Shown here in pieces: positions 39,699-53,024 of a stretch of 64,000 bases of DNA (positions within the stretch are counted from its first letter, which is position 1; the number at the start of each line of letters is the position of its first letter). Source of the stretch: Bilabrum cf. latius (taxonomy: Eukaryota); the NCBI GenBank assembly GCA_965178125.1, contig OZ237735.1, positions 1,798,001 to 1,862,000 on the forward strand, in the 5' to 3' direction. The position numbers and the translations under genes are program-made. The notes beneath the pieces are model-generated. The model was not told where the DNA came from. It saw nothing but the letters and a program-made list of their open reading frames with translations, and did no database searches.

Positions 39699-42600
39699 AT
39701 GCAAGTTGATACGTCTGCTGCGGGTGGAGGCTCTCCCACGGGTACATCGAATGTAAGTTGGACGTTTGAAATTTGATTTGGATTTATCGCTAGTCACGGT
39801 CATTCTTTCAGGTCTATATCCCACATGCTATTTTCGTAGGTACTATCGTTTAAGCCAGTTGGTCTCACTGCGGACTAGTACGACAGCCAGCTCCAGGATC
39901 TTGAATTGATGCTTGGGGGTCCGGATTCAATCAGCCCGGGCCGGCAGCAGGCATCCCCCGCGCTGCGGGACTCTACTTCAGACCAAGTTGTATCAGATGT
40001 ATCTCCTGTTGCAGGAAAAGCCCGGGCTGGACGAAAGAAAAAGGGGAAGTCGGGCAAGAAGAAACGGTTGAAGAAGAAGAAAAATGGCACTGGTGGGCCA
40101 GATAGAGGCCAGGACGATGATGCAGGGACTAGAGTAGATAGAGATGAGCTCAAAGCTGAGTTGGCTGAGCTGTAGGAAGAGGCTCGGGCGAGAAACCGCA
40201 CCAAGCCCGCGCCTGCTCCGATGGTGGAGCTGGATGACTTCGTTGTGGACGACCTGTCAGACGAAGACAGGAAACGGCATGATCGCGACGGCAACGTCAG
40301 CGACGACAATGCATCCATCCGCACTGAAGACGAAGGACCTATCGCTGCCGGGTCCAGCCGGGGCAAGCGCCGGTCGGCTGTCGCGGCCCGGGAGGCCCTC
40401 CAGGAGCGCATCAAGACGGAGAGGCTCAAGCGCGAGGGAGACACGCGCAGGCTGGAGAAGGCGGTCATGCAGGACACTGCCACTGCGGTAGATGACGCGG
40501 TCATCTCAGTGGACGACGAGCTCCGCATGCTCCAAGGCAAGGCCCAGATGTTGCTGAAAGGCCCGAGGTCTCACTACTCCCGCCGTCACGGTGTCCCGGC
40601 GCACGGCTCTGCAGCTGCTTGGGCTCGCCCGCCACAGCACGGTGCGAGTGGGTAGCGCAGGAATTGGAAGACGCCTGCACAGTTGCGAGCCGGTGCACAG
40701 GCGCCTGGAGGGTCAGCTGGGCTGGGTTCCCCTGGCTTGGACTTTGGTGGCCTTGCCGACGATGGTCTCGGCACTGCCCGAGGCACGGAGCAGAAGCCCG
40801 CCCGACCTGCAGTTCGTCGCGTGGGTGACCGTTCTTTGCAGAACTCTGCTCGGTTGTCCTCCAAGATGATCTCCTTTGAGTCGCAGGACCATGAGGAGGT
40901 GGATCTGGCCGAGGCGCACGAGTCAAAGAACGACGGCAGCGAGCACCCCGCTGAAGGCGACAAGCTGGCCATGAGTTCGTATTCTCAGGTATCTCTTTTT
41001 GGCGGGCTGCACGAGCAGGTCCTACGGGAGGAAGGTGACCGCAAGCTAATTTAGACTCCAGACATGAGCGTCGCGCTGCAGAGGAGCTCCTCCACGCTCG
41101 AAGAGGTGGTGCACGTCGACAGCAGCGACGACGAGGATGACCACAGGATGCTCATCAACCCACTAAGGCGCTACCATGCTTTGCAGAAGAGGCAGTCAGG
41201 TGGATCCCCTCCAAAGGCCAAGCGCAGCCGCTCGGGCATGTTCAGCCCACTCCGCAGCGTTGCCAAACTCAAGGGCGACCAGCGCCGCCAGTTTCTTGAC
41301 AGTCTCAAGGACACGCACCATACGCTCGAGGCTGAGAAAGCAGCCCGCATGCTTGGTTTCGCATCAGTGGTAGCCCACGGTGTCGGCAAACTTCGAATGA
41401 AATTGCAGCGCAAGATGGTATCTGAGAAAGCACCATTGGCACAGGCGTCCCCGGAACCGGCGTCTTCAGTTGCGGCGCAGCAGAGCCAGTCCGCCGCCCT
41501 GGATGACACGCCCACCGCTGAAGCTCGACAGCAGGCAGAGGGGTCTGCTACCAGATCGATTGCAGCCTCTCTGTCGTCGAGCGCTGGGAGACTTGCTGCC
41601 GAGAAGCAAGCCGGCAACCCCGAAACAGCGACAGCTGAGACTGTGCGCGACGACACCGGTTTGGAGCAGCAAGCTGCATCCGTGCGGCGGTCGATCTAGC
41701 CCCCGATGATGGGTGGTCATGACAGCGATGACGAAGCCGAGCAAGAGATGAAGCAGCTAGGCCATGGGAATGCCGGTGCAGGCTCGGCTACAGGAGGTGC
41801 GTCTGAGATGGAGGCGGGGGATGGAGAGGACGCTGCAGGAGATAGAGAAGTAGCCCTACCAGCCACTCCGTCCCCAACACCCGCACTGACCGGTCCGTTT
41901 GCGAAGGCGCAGCAGCAGCGAAAGCAGTCCAGCAGTCCAGAACCTGATGCGGCAGAAGCTAGCCCCATTCCCACAGCACCAGCCTCTGAAACAGCCGCAA
42001 CGGAAGCCCTGCCGGTTGATGCAGACTTGCAGGGCAGTGATGAGCAGGCTCGGCTAGGTAGCAAGCGGTCCGCTGCAAACGCCTCAGCGGAGGGATCCCC
42101 CGCTGCCAAGAAGGCTCGGGTAGGCTACGGGCAAGTCAGCCGAGAAGTGAGGGCCAAGAAGCAGATGCAGCCGAAGCTAGTGCTCGACACCACGCGAACA
42201 GGTGGCGGCCCACAAAGCCAAGCCAAAGAGGAGGAGAGTGGGCCTGAGTCAGGATCTGCTGACGAGGAGGGGTCGGTCGATGGACAGGCGGAAGCGGGCG
42301 AGGGTGCTGAGGCGGCACCAACTGGCCCTTAGGAGGGGTCTGCTTCAACCTCTATAGCAAGGAATGCGGCGTACCGGGAGGCAGTCTTGGCTGAGTTCAA
42401 GAGAGAGAAGGAGCGGGCTGCCGCGAGGAGGAAGGCCGGCATCTCGTTCGAGGACGAAGCTGAGGAGGACGAAGATGAGGTGGAGGGCGGGGCGAGACAT
42501 CTGATCGGTGCTATGGGTCTCCAGGGTGGGCAGGACATGAAGGCGCTGGCAGCTGAGCGTCGGAAGCTTGAAGAGGCCATGGAGGAACGGGAGGCAATGG

Positions 42601-44639
42601 AGCTTGAGGCAAACCTGGACGAGGCTCTGGAAGGGATCGTTGATGCAGTGTCGGATGACGAGGATGATGACGTCAGCCACGACTTCATCGCTGAGCAGCA
42701 GCGCAAACAAGACAAATAGGAGCTGCGACGCATCACCCACGCGATGGCTGAGGGGTACAAGCGCAAGTCCAGACAAGGGCTCGACCGCCTAGAACAGCGA
42801 ATGCAGGAGGCAGAGGCTGCCGAGTTCGAGGCCGACGAGGAAGGGGCTCTGGCAGCGGCAGAAATTGCCAGGCAACAACGTCGTATCGGAGCGGGCAACC
42901 TTGATGCAGATCTCGTCGCAGAAGTCGAGGGCGACAGTGATAGCAATTCCCAAAACGGTGACACGCAGGACGCAGCAACTGATGGTAACGATGACGATGG
43001 CGATGACGACGATGACTACGACGTTGAAACCATGCTGCGAAAGGCGCAGCGAGAGCAGCGTAGGCGACTGAGGTCCGAAGCAAACCCCGAAGAGGAGGGC
43101 GCGAGAGGTCCAGCGCTTGCCGTGCCGCGGACCATCATGTCCCACGGCAGCTCAATCCTGGCCCTCAAGCAGCGCAATCGCTAGATATCGAGTACGATTG
43201 CGCGGCGGCGGGAGCAGGAGCGCAAGTCTCAGCTTCAAGAGCTTGAGCAGCTGGGGCCACGTGGCAACGAAGACGTTGTGGAGCCGTCTGCACCGATGGC
43301 GCAAGTGGATCTCGAGCAGCAAGAGTTCGAGCATCAGGAGTGGATGGACGAAGCTGCCGCCATGGCGGATGAGCTTGAGGCACAGGAAGGCGCCCTTGGC
43401 CCTCCCCATACTGCCCCCGGCGCCGATGGAACGCGGGTTGTGTCGAAGTCTGCGACCTTGAAGCGAACCAAGTCGGGCTTGGCGGTGCGCCGGGTGTCTG
43501 ACAAGGGAGTGGAGCTGGCCGGTGGGGCTGTGCTGCAGGCACCAACAGCGCAAGCGCCCGTGGTACAAGCGCAGCCTACCCCGGACGTGCTGCTGCGACG
43601 CAGCGCATCTACGAGCTCGTCGCATGTGGAGGTTTTCGCAATGCTTGCAGAGGCGGAGGTTGAGGCCAGGCCTGCGAAGCCGCAGGCAGTTGCAGCAGCC
43701 ACGCCAGCAACCAGCAGCAAAGCAGCTAACTCCAGCGGGTCATCTTAGAAGACTAGAGACAGACACGAACCAGCCAGCTCGCCTGCAAAGGCAGCTATGA
43801 GTCCGCAGAAGAAGAGTAACCCGCTGTTTAAAGCATTCAGTCGAACGGTTGCGCCAGACAAGACGAAGCCCCGTGCAGCCATGGCGGATGATGGCGACTC
43901 GGACTCAGACGAAGACGAAGTCGAGCCGCCTGCATCTCAACGATCCGCGGGATCAGACCAGACGTCTGACGAGATCCAGTATGACGACATGATGGATCTT
44001 GGTGCCATTCGTGCGGTTGGCAGGGGCAAGTCGAAGAAGACCCTGTCCCTGGGTGAGATTGCGCGCAGGACCGCGAAGGCCAGTGCTCGCCCTCCTCGTG
44101 CGCCGAGACATCAGGCGTCTGATGAGACCGAAGCAACGGCACGAAGCTCGTCATCGTCCTCGTCATCTTCATCATCCTCATCTGATGTTGCCCAGGCTGG
44201 CTAGGGCGAGAAACCAAGCGTGGGAGACGTAGACGGTATTCAGCGATTGCTGCGCGAGGCCTCGGACTGTGGCGGTGCATACTCGCAGTCGAACTTTGGC
44301 CTCGGGAGCATGGGAGACAGCTTGTCTAGAATGCCGTCATTTTCTTTGCATGGGGACGAAGGAGCGTCGCGGCCTGGTGGATTCGGCTGCGCAGGACTCG
44401 GAGCTGACGGCGCCAAGGGGTTCATCTCGTCCATGTCCAGGCAGGGGGATACGCAGCACGTAAACAACGGTGGAAGAGTTGAGGTTCGATCGCAGGGGAG
44501 GAAGTTTGCGTTTGCAGCAGCTGCGAGCTCCAAACCAGTAGGCATTGTGCCGGCGCAGCTGCAGGCGCCCGTGCGGCAGAGGCCCTCCGTTTCGAAGGGG
44601 CTGGAAATCATTTTGGGGATGTAGAGAACTGATGCATGA
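39699..44639 (+). CDS. Large acidic/coiled-coil protein, possibly Mrc1/Claspin-like (~1617 aa; intron 39753-39839)
   Basis: Ten ORF fragments in one frame joined only by TAG; ends at TGA. FEDEAEEDEDE...DK*ELRRITHAMAEGYKRK (~42440-42770) resembles the MRC1 domain. The coding status is well supported; the identity is tentative. Confidence 0.6.
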
Positions 44640-44751
44640 ACCAGATACGTACGTCTTTGATCCGAAAAATTCACATATGCTGCTTCAGCGCGTTTCTTCG
44701 GTAGGACAAGAGCATGCGTCACTCGCCATCTCAGACCAAGCCCTCCTTGAC

Positions 44752-47700
44752 TCATCGACCCATGTGGGACCCATGCATCCCACCTGCCTGTGCCCGAAGG
44801 GCCTGCCTGCGCTGCTCGATCAGGTTTCCGACCTCAACTGGTGGTGGCGGCACGCTTGGATGCGGCAGACTCTACTGCTACGCCAGCGCGGTAATCGCGA
44901 TGTCTTTCGCAGACGGCCTCCGAGGGGGTGGGAAGTGGCGGAGGTGCTCGGTCACCACGTCCTCAGCGTCGATAAGCTCCAGCTCTGACTTTCCACGCCC
45001 GATTCCGTGTAGCATGGGTGCTCCCTGCACCCACCCGTACCCGGGCATGCTGCCAGTTGCCCTGGCAGGGGCAGAGCTCCCGTCGCCAAGCATAGTGGCC
45101 TGGCCGTGCTCCGGCAGCTTTGGTCGATCGTAGACGTCCTCAGCGATGGTTCCAACGGGGCTCAGTCTTTTGCCGTCAACACAGTCGTGAATAACAATTG
45201 GATCTCGAGAGTGCCCACCCCTCCTGCCCCACATGGCCAGGATGGCTCGCTCGAAGTTCATGACCCACCTCTGTGTGTCGAACAGCGTGGAGCTAGTGCG
45301 ACATGCCTCGAGCCTCGCTCGGATGTCAGCCAGCATGGAGGGGTGAGTCGCCAGCCTGACTGCAATCTCCTCGTACTCGGGGAAACTTCTTGCCACGAGC
45401 TGAGGCAGGCCCACTGTGTTGAGCAGCGATGCTGCAACGCGGGATGCCATCTTCTCGCCAGGCAGCGTAACAAGGGGTACGCCTCCCCATAGTATGTCAC
45501 ACCCAGTCGTGTGCGCATTGCAAACCGGAGTATCCAAGAACAGGTTTGCAAGGTGGCCACGTTGAAGGTGTTCCTGCTTGGGAGCGACGTCTGTGAAAAA
45601 TATGCGGTCATCGGTGAGGCCGTGCGCCCGGGCCGCCGCCCGAATGTTTGCCTCTCCGGCCGGAGGAAAGCGCAGCAGCCACAGGATCGAATTGGGGACT
45701 CGGTGCAGGATCCTGCACCACCTCTGGAACGTCCTTGGGTCTATCTTGTAGATCTAGTTGAAATTCGCAAACACAAACTTGGAGTCTGGGATCCCGTAGC
45801 GCTGCCGGGTTGGAAGGAGCCGCTTGTCCAGGCACTCTGCCGCTGACTGTTTGTGGTCGTTGACAAAATAGCAGTGCGGCATGTACACTGGAACTTCAGA
45901 GTAGTGTTGAGTCAGGTTCTTCGGCACCACGGACTCATCCACAACAATGTACTGCACGTAGTCCGCCCCCATTGTGCCGCAGAAACCCATGTACGACACC
46001 TGTACAGGCGCCGGGCGAAGGGCGAAAATTTCGTTTCGAGCGCCTTTGGTGTATCCGTTGAGATTGATCAGCACATGGATCCGATGAGACGATATGAGGC
46101 GAGCAGCGTCGCCGTGCGGCAATGCGCTGATGTCGGTAAAATGCTCGACCTCAGACTGAATCTTGCGGCGCCAGATTGAGCCGTCGTCCGGGGTCACGGC
46201 AAAGCAAAACACCTCGAACTGACTCCGGTCGTGCATGCCGAATACCGATTGCATGAGGTGGGCCAATGGGTGGTTTCCAAAGTCGCTAGACACGTAGCCA
46301 ACCCTGAGTCGCTCACCCTGCATCTGTTCAACCTTCGGAAACATCGAAGGGGGGTTCAGCGCAGACACGCTCGCCAGGGCGCGAAGTGCGTAGCACGTGG
46401 CGAGCCTTCGCATCTGACGCAGGCCCATCGGGTACACGAGGGAATGGAAAGGTTGCACGCTCGGAAGCACAGCAGACGGGGTCGGCTGCTAGCCGGCTGT
46501 CCCCACAGACTGGGACGTACGGGGTACGCTCCCCAGCGGCAGCATGCCCGCGCTCCCGTGGGCGCTAGCAGCCAGCTGAGCGTCCGGCAGCGCAGCGTCA
46601 ACCTGCCTCCGAATAAGGTCAGAGAGCTTGCGGAAGCAGTCTTTTCTCCGCCTCCAGTCACAGACGATGACCAACGAGTGCACAAGGTTGCTGAAAGCAT
46701 CGGGGAAGTTCGGCTTGAGCGCGATCGCCTTTCTGTAGCAGACGATGCCGTCTTCCACCTTGCCCCCGTCCTTAAATGCGCTCGCCAGGTTCGAAAATGC
46801 GTCTGCAAAGGTTGGCTTCAGGCAGATTGCCGTTGCGTAGCATCTCACGGCATCATCGAGGCGGTTCATATCCTTGAGTGCGTTGCCCATGTTGCTCCAC
46901 GCATCGGCGAATCGCGGCTCGATGGTGAGAGCCTCTCTGTAGTGCTGCAGCGCCTGCAGCACCTATCCCTGCTCCTTTAAGATGGAGGCCAGATTGGAGT
47001 GCCCTGCTGCAAAGCGTGGCATCAGCCTGCACGCGGTCACGTAGCAGTGGATGGCCTCCTTGATCATGCCTTTGTCCTTGAGCGAGTTACCCAGGTTGTT
47101 GTAGGCGTGGGGGTGGTCGGGCTTGAGCGCGAGCGCAGTTCTGTAGCATCGAACGCTCTCCTGCAGCATCCCCAACTCCCTGTATGCATTGCCAAGGTTG
47201 TTGTACGCGTCAGGGAAATTGGGCTCTAGTCTCAGGGCGTGGTGGTAGTGCTCCACCGCACTCCGCATGGCCCCCTCGTCGTAGAAGCAGCTGGCCAAGT
47301 TGCCGTATGCGATGGCAAACTTGGGGCGGATCTCGATGGCGCGTCTATAGGCCTGCTTGGCATCCTGTAGCCTGCCGAGTTCCTTAAGCGCATTGCCCAT
47401 GTTGCTCCACGCATCGGCGAAGGTTGGGTGCCACCGAATCGCCTCTCTGTAGTGCTGCACGGCCGCCTCCGGATTGCCCAGCTCCTTCAGAACACCGGCA
47501 AGATTACTCCATGCCACCGCAAAGTCTGGCTTCTACTTCAGGACAGCCACGTAGCATCGCTGCGCCTCGTGTAGCATGCCCTGCGACTTGAGCAGGTTGC
47601 CCAGGTTGCACATCGAGTCCGTGAGCGCGGGCTGGAGAGACACGGCGACTTTGTACGCTTCAATCGCCTCTCCAACCCGCCCCAACTACACGAAGGATGC

Positions 47701-48222
47701 AGCAAGGTTGTGGTAGGCATCGACCAGCCTGGGCTTGAGCTAGATGGACTTCTGGTAAAACTACACCGCGCCCTGAGCATCTCCAATAGACTTCAGACAG
47801 TTAGCCAAATTGCAGTAGGCTTCTGCGTGGCAAAATCCTATGGATAAGACTTTCATACTAGATAGATATCATGCAACATGTCAAGCGCAACAATTCACAT
47901 AAACGAGCTTACCAGCGCAACCAGGACATAACGCAAGCACCCTTTCGTTCGTGGCGATGGCCTCCGAGAAACGCTTTTGCTCGTAGTGCACAGCGGCAAG
48001 CAGAAGTAGCGCATCTACGCGGTTCGGCTACTTTGACAGCACCTGCGAACCAGATGCACAAGAAAGCATGAGCGGATTGAACTAACTCAGTGCATATCAA
48101 CCCTGGACTGCACTGACACTAGCTCTCACCCCCATACAAAGCCTTTTTGCGTGCCGATATTCTCGATTTTTGAATCGAGAGTATGCGCCGGCTACAGCCG
48201 TTGATACATCTGGATCTGCCAT
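44752..48222 (-). CDS. OGT: O-GlcNAc transferase (OGT/SEC-like), 3 exons (introns 48043-48129, 47823-47912), ~1097 aa
   Basis: TPR array (AWSNLAG, AYNNLGN...), LPSVQPFHS, RVGYVSSDFGNHP, NLNGYTKGARNEIFALRPAP, NFN*IYKIDP, LWLLRFP, LDTP.CNAHTTG.D.LWGG.P, ASRVAAS. Ends at TGA. Confidence 0.95.
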
Positions 48223-48468
48223 TGGACCGGCCGAGGCTGGCTCACAATTAAGGTGAAATTTCGATTAAGACCAAGCCAAGACTGCGGGAATGGACTTTAA
48301 TGAAATAATTCTGCCCCCAATATAACCGCAATCTGGCGAATTAGTCGCTGAGTGCGGCAGAAATTAAATTGCGTGGACCGCCGGAGAAATGCACTGCACT
48401 GTAGCAGCGCAGAGCAGAGGTGCGCCAACAAGGTTCCGCCACCTAGCATGACTTGAGCGCGTTAATGC

Positions 48469-50163
48469 ATGTAGCTGTGCAAAGTATCGTGTGATTCATT
48501 CAGTACCGTCACATTGAGACCGTGTCCTTCTCTCAAAGGTGGTGCATTGCTCGCGGTTGGCTCGCTGCATGCAATCCACTTTGGCCGACACGTTCGAAGG
48601 CTGCAGGCCAAGTGTAGACGAAGCAGTATTGCCAGACTGATTGTGGCTCTTGATAAAGAAACAGATGTGCTCAACTTGTTAGGATTTCACAAAGCTCGAA
48701 AAGTATCAGCTGCCATAGCGCAGCGGGCCAGTCACGATTGCCTTAAGCTCCATGCCCTGTACGAGAAAGTGATATCGCCACTTGTGCCACAGAAGCAGCT
48801 GGGTCATATTTTTCCGTGGTATGCATAGGTCGGCCCGTGTTGCGGGATTGTGGCAGTCCACTGTGCGCTGGAATGGCAGAGGCGCGCTGCATGCTCCACT
48901 ACGGCACGCACTGTGGACCCCGGTGCCCTGCTCGAATGGTGTCGAGCGATGAAGTACTCAAGAAAAGGTGAGCTTTTATCCAGACGTTGGATGTATGAAG
49001 CAGCAAGGTGGTACGGGCTCGTGTGCAGTCTGGTTGAGCTGCGACAGCCTACTTCAGCTGCTACCTGCAGCAAAGTACTCCCATCCACATCCACATCCAC
49101 ATCCACATCCATAAGGTACGCCACGGCATTAGTTAGCGCCTTAAATAAAGGGTCAATATGCATTGTTTCATTTGACTATCCTGGAGTGCGTAGGGCGGCG
49201 GCGTGCGGCTCCATGGTGGCGTGCTTGGGCGGATCACGAGCTCATTGGGGTATCGTGACTAGGATCGCCCTCGCTTGTGGCCCGGTTGCTGGAACTACCC
49301 GCGGCAGTGACAGGGGCAATGACGTAGATGGCAGTGCGGCTGGTTCTGTAGGCTCTACTGGCATGCCGGGGCATCCTGAGGCGCTCGAGTCCGCCGCTGG
49401 CTCTCCAGTGGCTGGCTGCAGCGCTCCTGGGGTACTAGTAGCAAGTGCTACTGCTGATGATGGCACGGGCGCTTCTTTGGTAGGAAGTGTTCCTGCCAGT
49501 GCGGATGATGGCACGGGCGAGCTGCCAACGAGCCTATCAACTCCCTGCGACGTGCAGGACCATGATGTGATGAACACCCGCATTATAATTCGGCACAGTG
49601 CTTCGAGAGCGCCGATCGAGTGTACCGCGGGCGAACTTGCGGTATCATCCGCTCAGCTGCGATCTGTGTCAGTCGCGCGGAAACGGAAAGTCATCGAAGA
49701 CGATACGGAGGCCAAGGAGGGCGCAGCGGGCGACTGCTTTGCCGCAGCCTCGAGCTTCCGATCTAGCAGCGGAAGCCACACCACAACGACTGCAGGCGGG
49801 GTGTCCACTGGTTCAGCTGCAACAGTATTTCCACGCAGCGTGTGGCTAGCGCTCCCTGCTGAGCACAGCGGCGTGTCAACAAGTGCGCCACCGCCGAGGG
49901 GTGCAGGTGCTCTGGCACTGGGGGTGAGTGCTGGTGCAGGCACCAAGGATTCAGGCGAAGCTATGGGGCCTGTTGCGTCTGATACTGAGCAACTGATCCA
50001 CGGACGGTGTCCCACAGGCTCAGTGCTGCGTAGAGGCCTCATGATCCCAACCAGAGATTCTGCTGGTGACGGGCATGCCGCCGAAAAGTGTCCACTCTGG
50101 GACCTGCAATTCGCCCTCATCGAAGTGCCAGCGATGCGTATTAGTGAATGTAAGTTGAAATGA
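48469..50163 (+). CDS. ACTMAP/C19orf54-like cysteine protease with low-complexity insertions
   Basis: *VGPCCGIVAV (compare QEGPQCGLVAL), YSRKGELLS, IVSFD, RAHWG, SSAQL. Ends at TGA. The 5' end is uncertain. Confidence 0.6.
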
Positions 50164-50220
50164 CCTCTTTGTTGAGCAGGTACGACTGAATAGCACTTGA
50201 AAGTGCAAATTGGCGGTTCC

Positions 50221-50286
50221 CCATGCGTTGTATTCGGAGCCGTAAAGATTTGTCCATGCGTTGTATTCGGAGCCGTAAAGATTTGT
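50221..50286. repeat. 33-bp tandem duplication
   Basis: ccatgcgttgtattcggagccgtaaagatttgt occurs twice, exactly. Confidence 0.95.
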
Positions 50287-50362
50287 GTCCGGGACCATTG
50301 CGTCTTTGTCACTGTCTAATTGCAACTGTACGCCGAAGGCATACCTTTGCATATCAACGAAT

Positions 50363-51865
50363 ATGTCTCGACTATTACCGCGAGTGCTGTTGCTATCAGG
50401 GCTTGCAATTAGCGTCGCTTCAAAGGTGCTGCTTGGAGCGGCATTTGTTGGCATTGTTGAGCTATGCCTGCTAACAGTGTGAGTATCTTACGATGATAGC
50501 GAATTGAGTTGCTTTACCTACTCATGCGTTCAAAGCATCGAGTCTATCCTTTTATACTTGATATAGTATTGATGCAGATTGGTATATCTGTACGGATGGT
50601 TTCCAAAAGAAGTGCGAAAGGAACGCATATCGGCATTTGGAGCGCTGCGGATAGTACTGATATTGCTATGGGATGCTGCTTGTTCGGCTGCGCTCACCGC
50701 CCCCATTTGGCTCGGCTTGTGGTGGTTTGATTTTGAGCTCGCTTCGAGTTGCGTGTGCTGGAACGCGGTGTACGTGGCACCGTTGGTGTTTTTTCTACGT
50801 CCTATCGGTGAAGCATCGGATCCAATCACGTATTGGATCGTGCGTGGCTTCTATGACTGGCCACTGCATGCAGTTGTGCTGGCATTTGGCCACAAGGCGC
50901 TCAACCGAACGTGGAGACTAAATCGCCTTGCAACTCCTCTCTGGCACGGAGTGCTTCTTGGGTCCCTTCCATTCGAGCATGACATCCATTACTTGTTGTC
51001 AAAGTTTGGAGTCCGGCTGGTTGTGAACACTTGCCTAGAGTGGCCCGGACATCCCAAGCAGTATTCGAGGGCAGGCATGCAACAAGTACGCATCCCTACC
51101 CTTGACGGGGATGCTCCGACTGCAGCCTCTGTGGCAAAGTGCCTGGACGAAGCGCTTCCACTAGCTGAGCAGCATGCTTCCAGCACAATGCGATTGTTTG
51201 ATGCAAAGGCGGCGCGGATGGAGTCACCCTCCGGAAGCTCCCAGGCCGCCGGCGAGATCGAAGCTGGGGTATACGAGGAGGGCGGCATGCAGCCAGCCAA
51301 GTCGCGCGCATCAAGCCCTTCAGAAGGCTCATAGAGCCTGGAGTTTGAAAGTGAGTTCGGCTTGGGAGGTGCAGAGCAGGATTCGGCTGGATCGAATGGC
51401 GATGCCCAGGCTTCGTCTGCCGGCAGGGTGAGTGCTGGCCAGACCTCGCACCCTGTGTTCGTGCACTGCCGGTGCGGCATGGGGCGATCGGCGTGTGTTG
51501 CTACCAGCCTCTTGCTTTGGATGCATGCATGCGATCGTTTTGGCATCGCCCTACCCCGGGCTGCTTCATCAGCATTCGTCACGCGGCGGTACCTCGAGTC
51601 GGCAGAGTGGCTTGTTGACCTGCGTAGTCGGGGCTCTGCTTCCGCAGATGGTCTTCCATCCAAGTTTGGCGGCCCACCCGTCGGATTGTACCACGGCACG
51701 ACACGCCGAGAGTCAGTGCTCAAGCAGATCCGCAAGGAGACCAAGAAGGTGGTGACTACGATCCGCATGGCGAGGCCGGAGGTGGCTGCCTCGGTAGTGC
51801 AGTACTCGGCCATCAAGGCTCTGGAGCACTACATAGCAGATGTTCTACTGGCTGGAGGGCAGTAA
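50363..51865 (+). CDS. Dual-specificity phosphatase (PTPMT1-like) with N-terminal membrane segments, 2 exons (intron 50479-50577), ~467 aa
   Basis: VLLGSLPF, GVRLVVNTCLE, QVRIPTLD, PVFVHCRCGMGRSA (CX5R), IRMARP. One TAG (51332); ends at TAA. Confidence 0.82.
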
Positions 51866-52860
51866 TTTGGAGGTGTGCAAGCAGGTGGGGCTGCAGGCAA
51901 CTTGTTAATATACACCTGCACCGCAAGACGAGCGCATGTATCGCGAATCGTACCGGATCGTGCTCGCGTGGCTCTCACCCTGCTTTGGAAGACGAGGGCC
52001 CAACCGACCGCAGATTCATGGGACAGTGTTGTGTGTCATTTATTTAGGAGAAGTATTTCAAACATTGCAATGTATCCGAATTTGACGGTGACCGAATCTT
52101 CATGCGTCCACGGGAACTTCTGCTGCAGGGCACTGGCTCACCGGACGAATTCAGACCGGCATCAGCACAGCGCATGCCACGCAGTAGATCTGCGAAACAA
52201 CAACGTCGACAGGACACTGCGACTGCCCGGTCCCCGAAACAGGGATGTCGAACAGTGTCGGCCTCAAGGCCGACGAGTAGCAGTCTTCTGCGCCCAGGCC
52301 AGCTTGGGTCCAAGCCATCATCGACGCATTTCAGAAGCACGGCAGTGGCAAATATCGACAAGTCGCTGATGCAGCTATCAAACAGACGACATCTGCAGCC
52401 AATGGGGGATCCTGTAATGCTTGCTCGGTGTTCAGTAACAAATGTGTAGACCCACCAGTTAATGGTGCTGAGAAAGAGAGCGACGGGGCACAGGACCAGC
52501 GTTAGACTCCCGCCGCGGAGTCGCGGGGGGGGGGGGGGGGGGTTGTGGTCCACTGGGTCGCCTCCCACGACCCCTGCCGGCACGGCCGATGCACCCCGTC
52601 GTCTCAGGGAAACGACTCCCTGCCAACGGGTCAATCAATTCACACAAATCTCTACATCCCAGGCAGCCCTCTTGGCTGCCTCCCCCTTCTGCTGTCGCAG
52701 TCCCATACCTAATGCGACACTGGACTCAAATTTGTCGGCTAATTGCTTTTTTAGTCCAGTTTCTCGCATGTATCACTTTTTACAAAAAATCGCTCAAACT
52801 GAAAAATCTTTAGATTTTGTAGTTTTATTCTTAGAAATGGAATATTTGCTAGAATTATTT

Positions 52861-52994
52861 TGATGCTCGTGATGATAGCGCAAACTAGTCTCCCAATCAA
52901 TCAGACATGGCAAGTCCTTGACAAAGCTGTGCAGGCTGGCGCTGCTCTGGGCCTGTTCATCCAGGTCCGAGCTGAGCCACTGTACCACTCCGCC
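52861..52994. repeat. Ngaro B2 repeat (134 bp; copy at 53200-53333)
   Basis: The two copies are identical except for one mismatch (tgtacc/tgcacc). Confidence 0.95.
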
Positions 52995-53024
52995 GAGGAG
53001 GAGGGGGAACTGGGAGGGTGGGAA

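Noticed and set aside
49081-49110. (ATCCAC)n microsatellite
   Set aside because: Short coding Ser-Thr repeat with no further significance.
50221-50286. CRISPR-like repeat
   Set aside because: Two adjacent copies with no spacer and no cas genes, in a eukaryotic context.
51875-52863. Possible gene (e.g. + frame 52102-52863 via TAG)
   Set aside because: No recognisable motif; it runs through a poly-G tract and AT-rich DNA.
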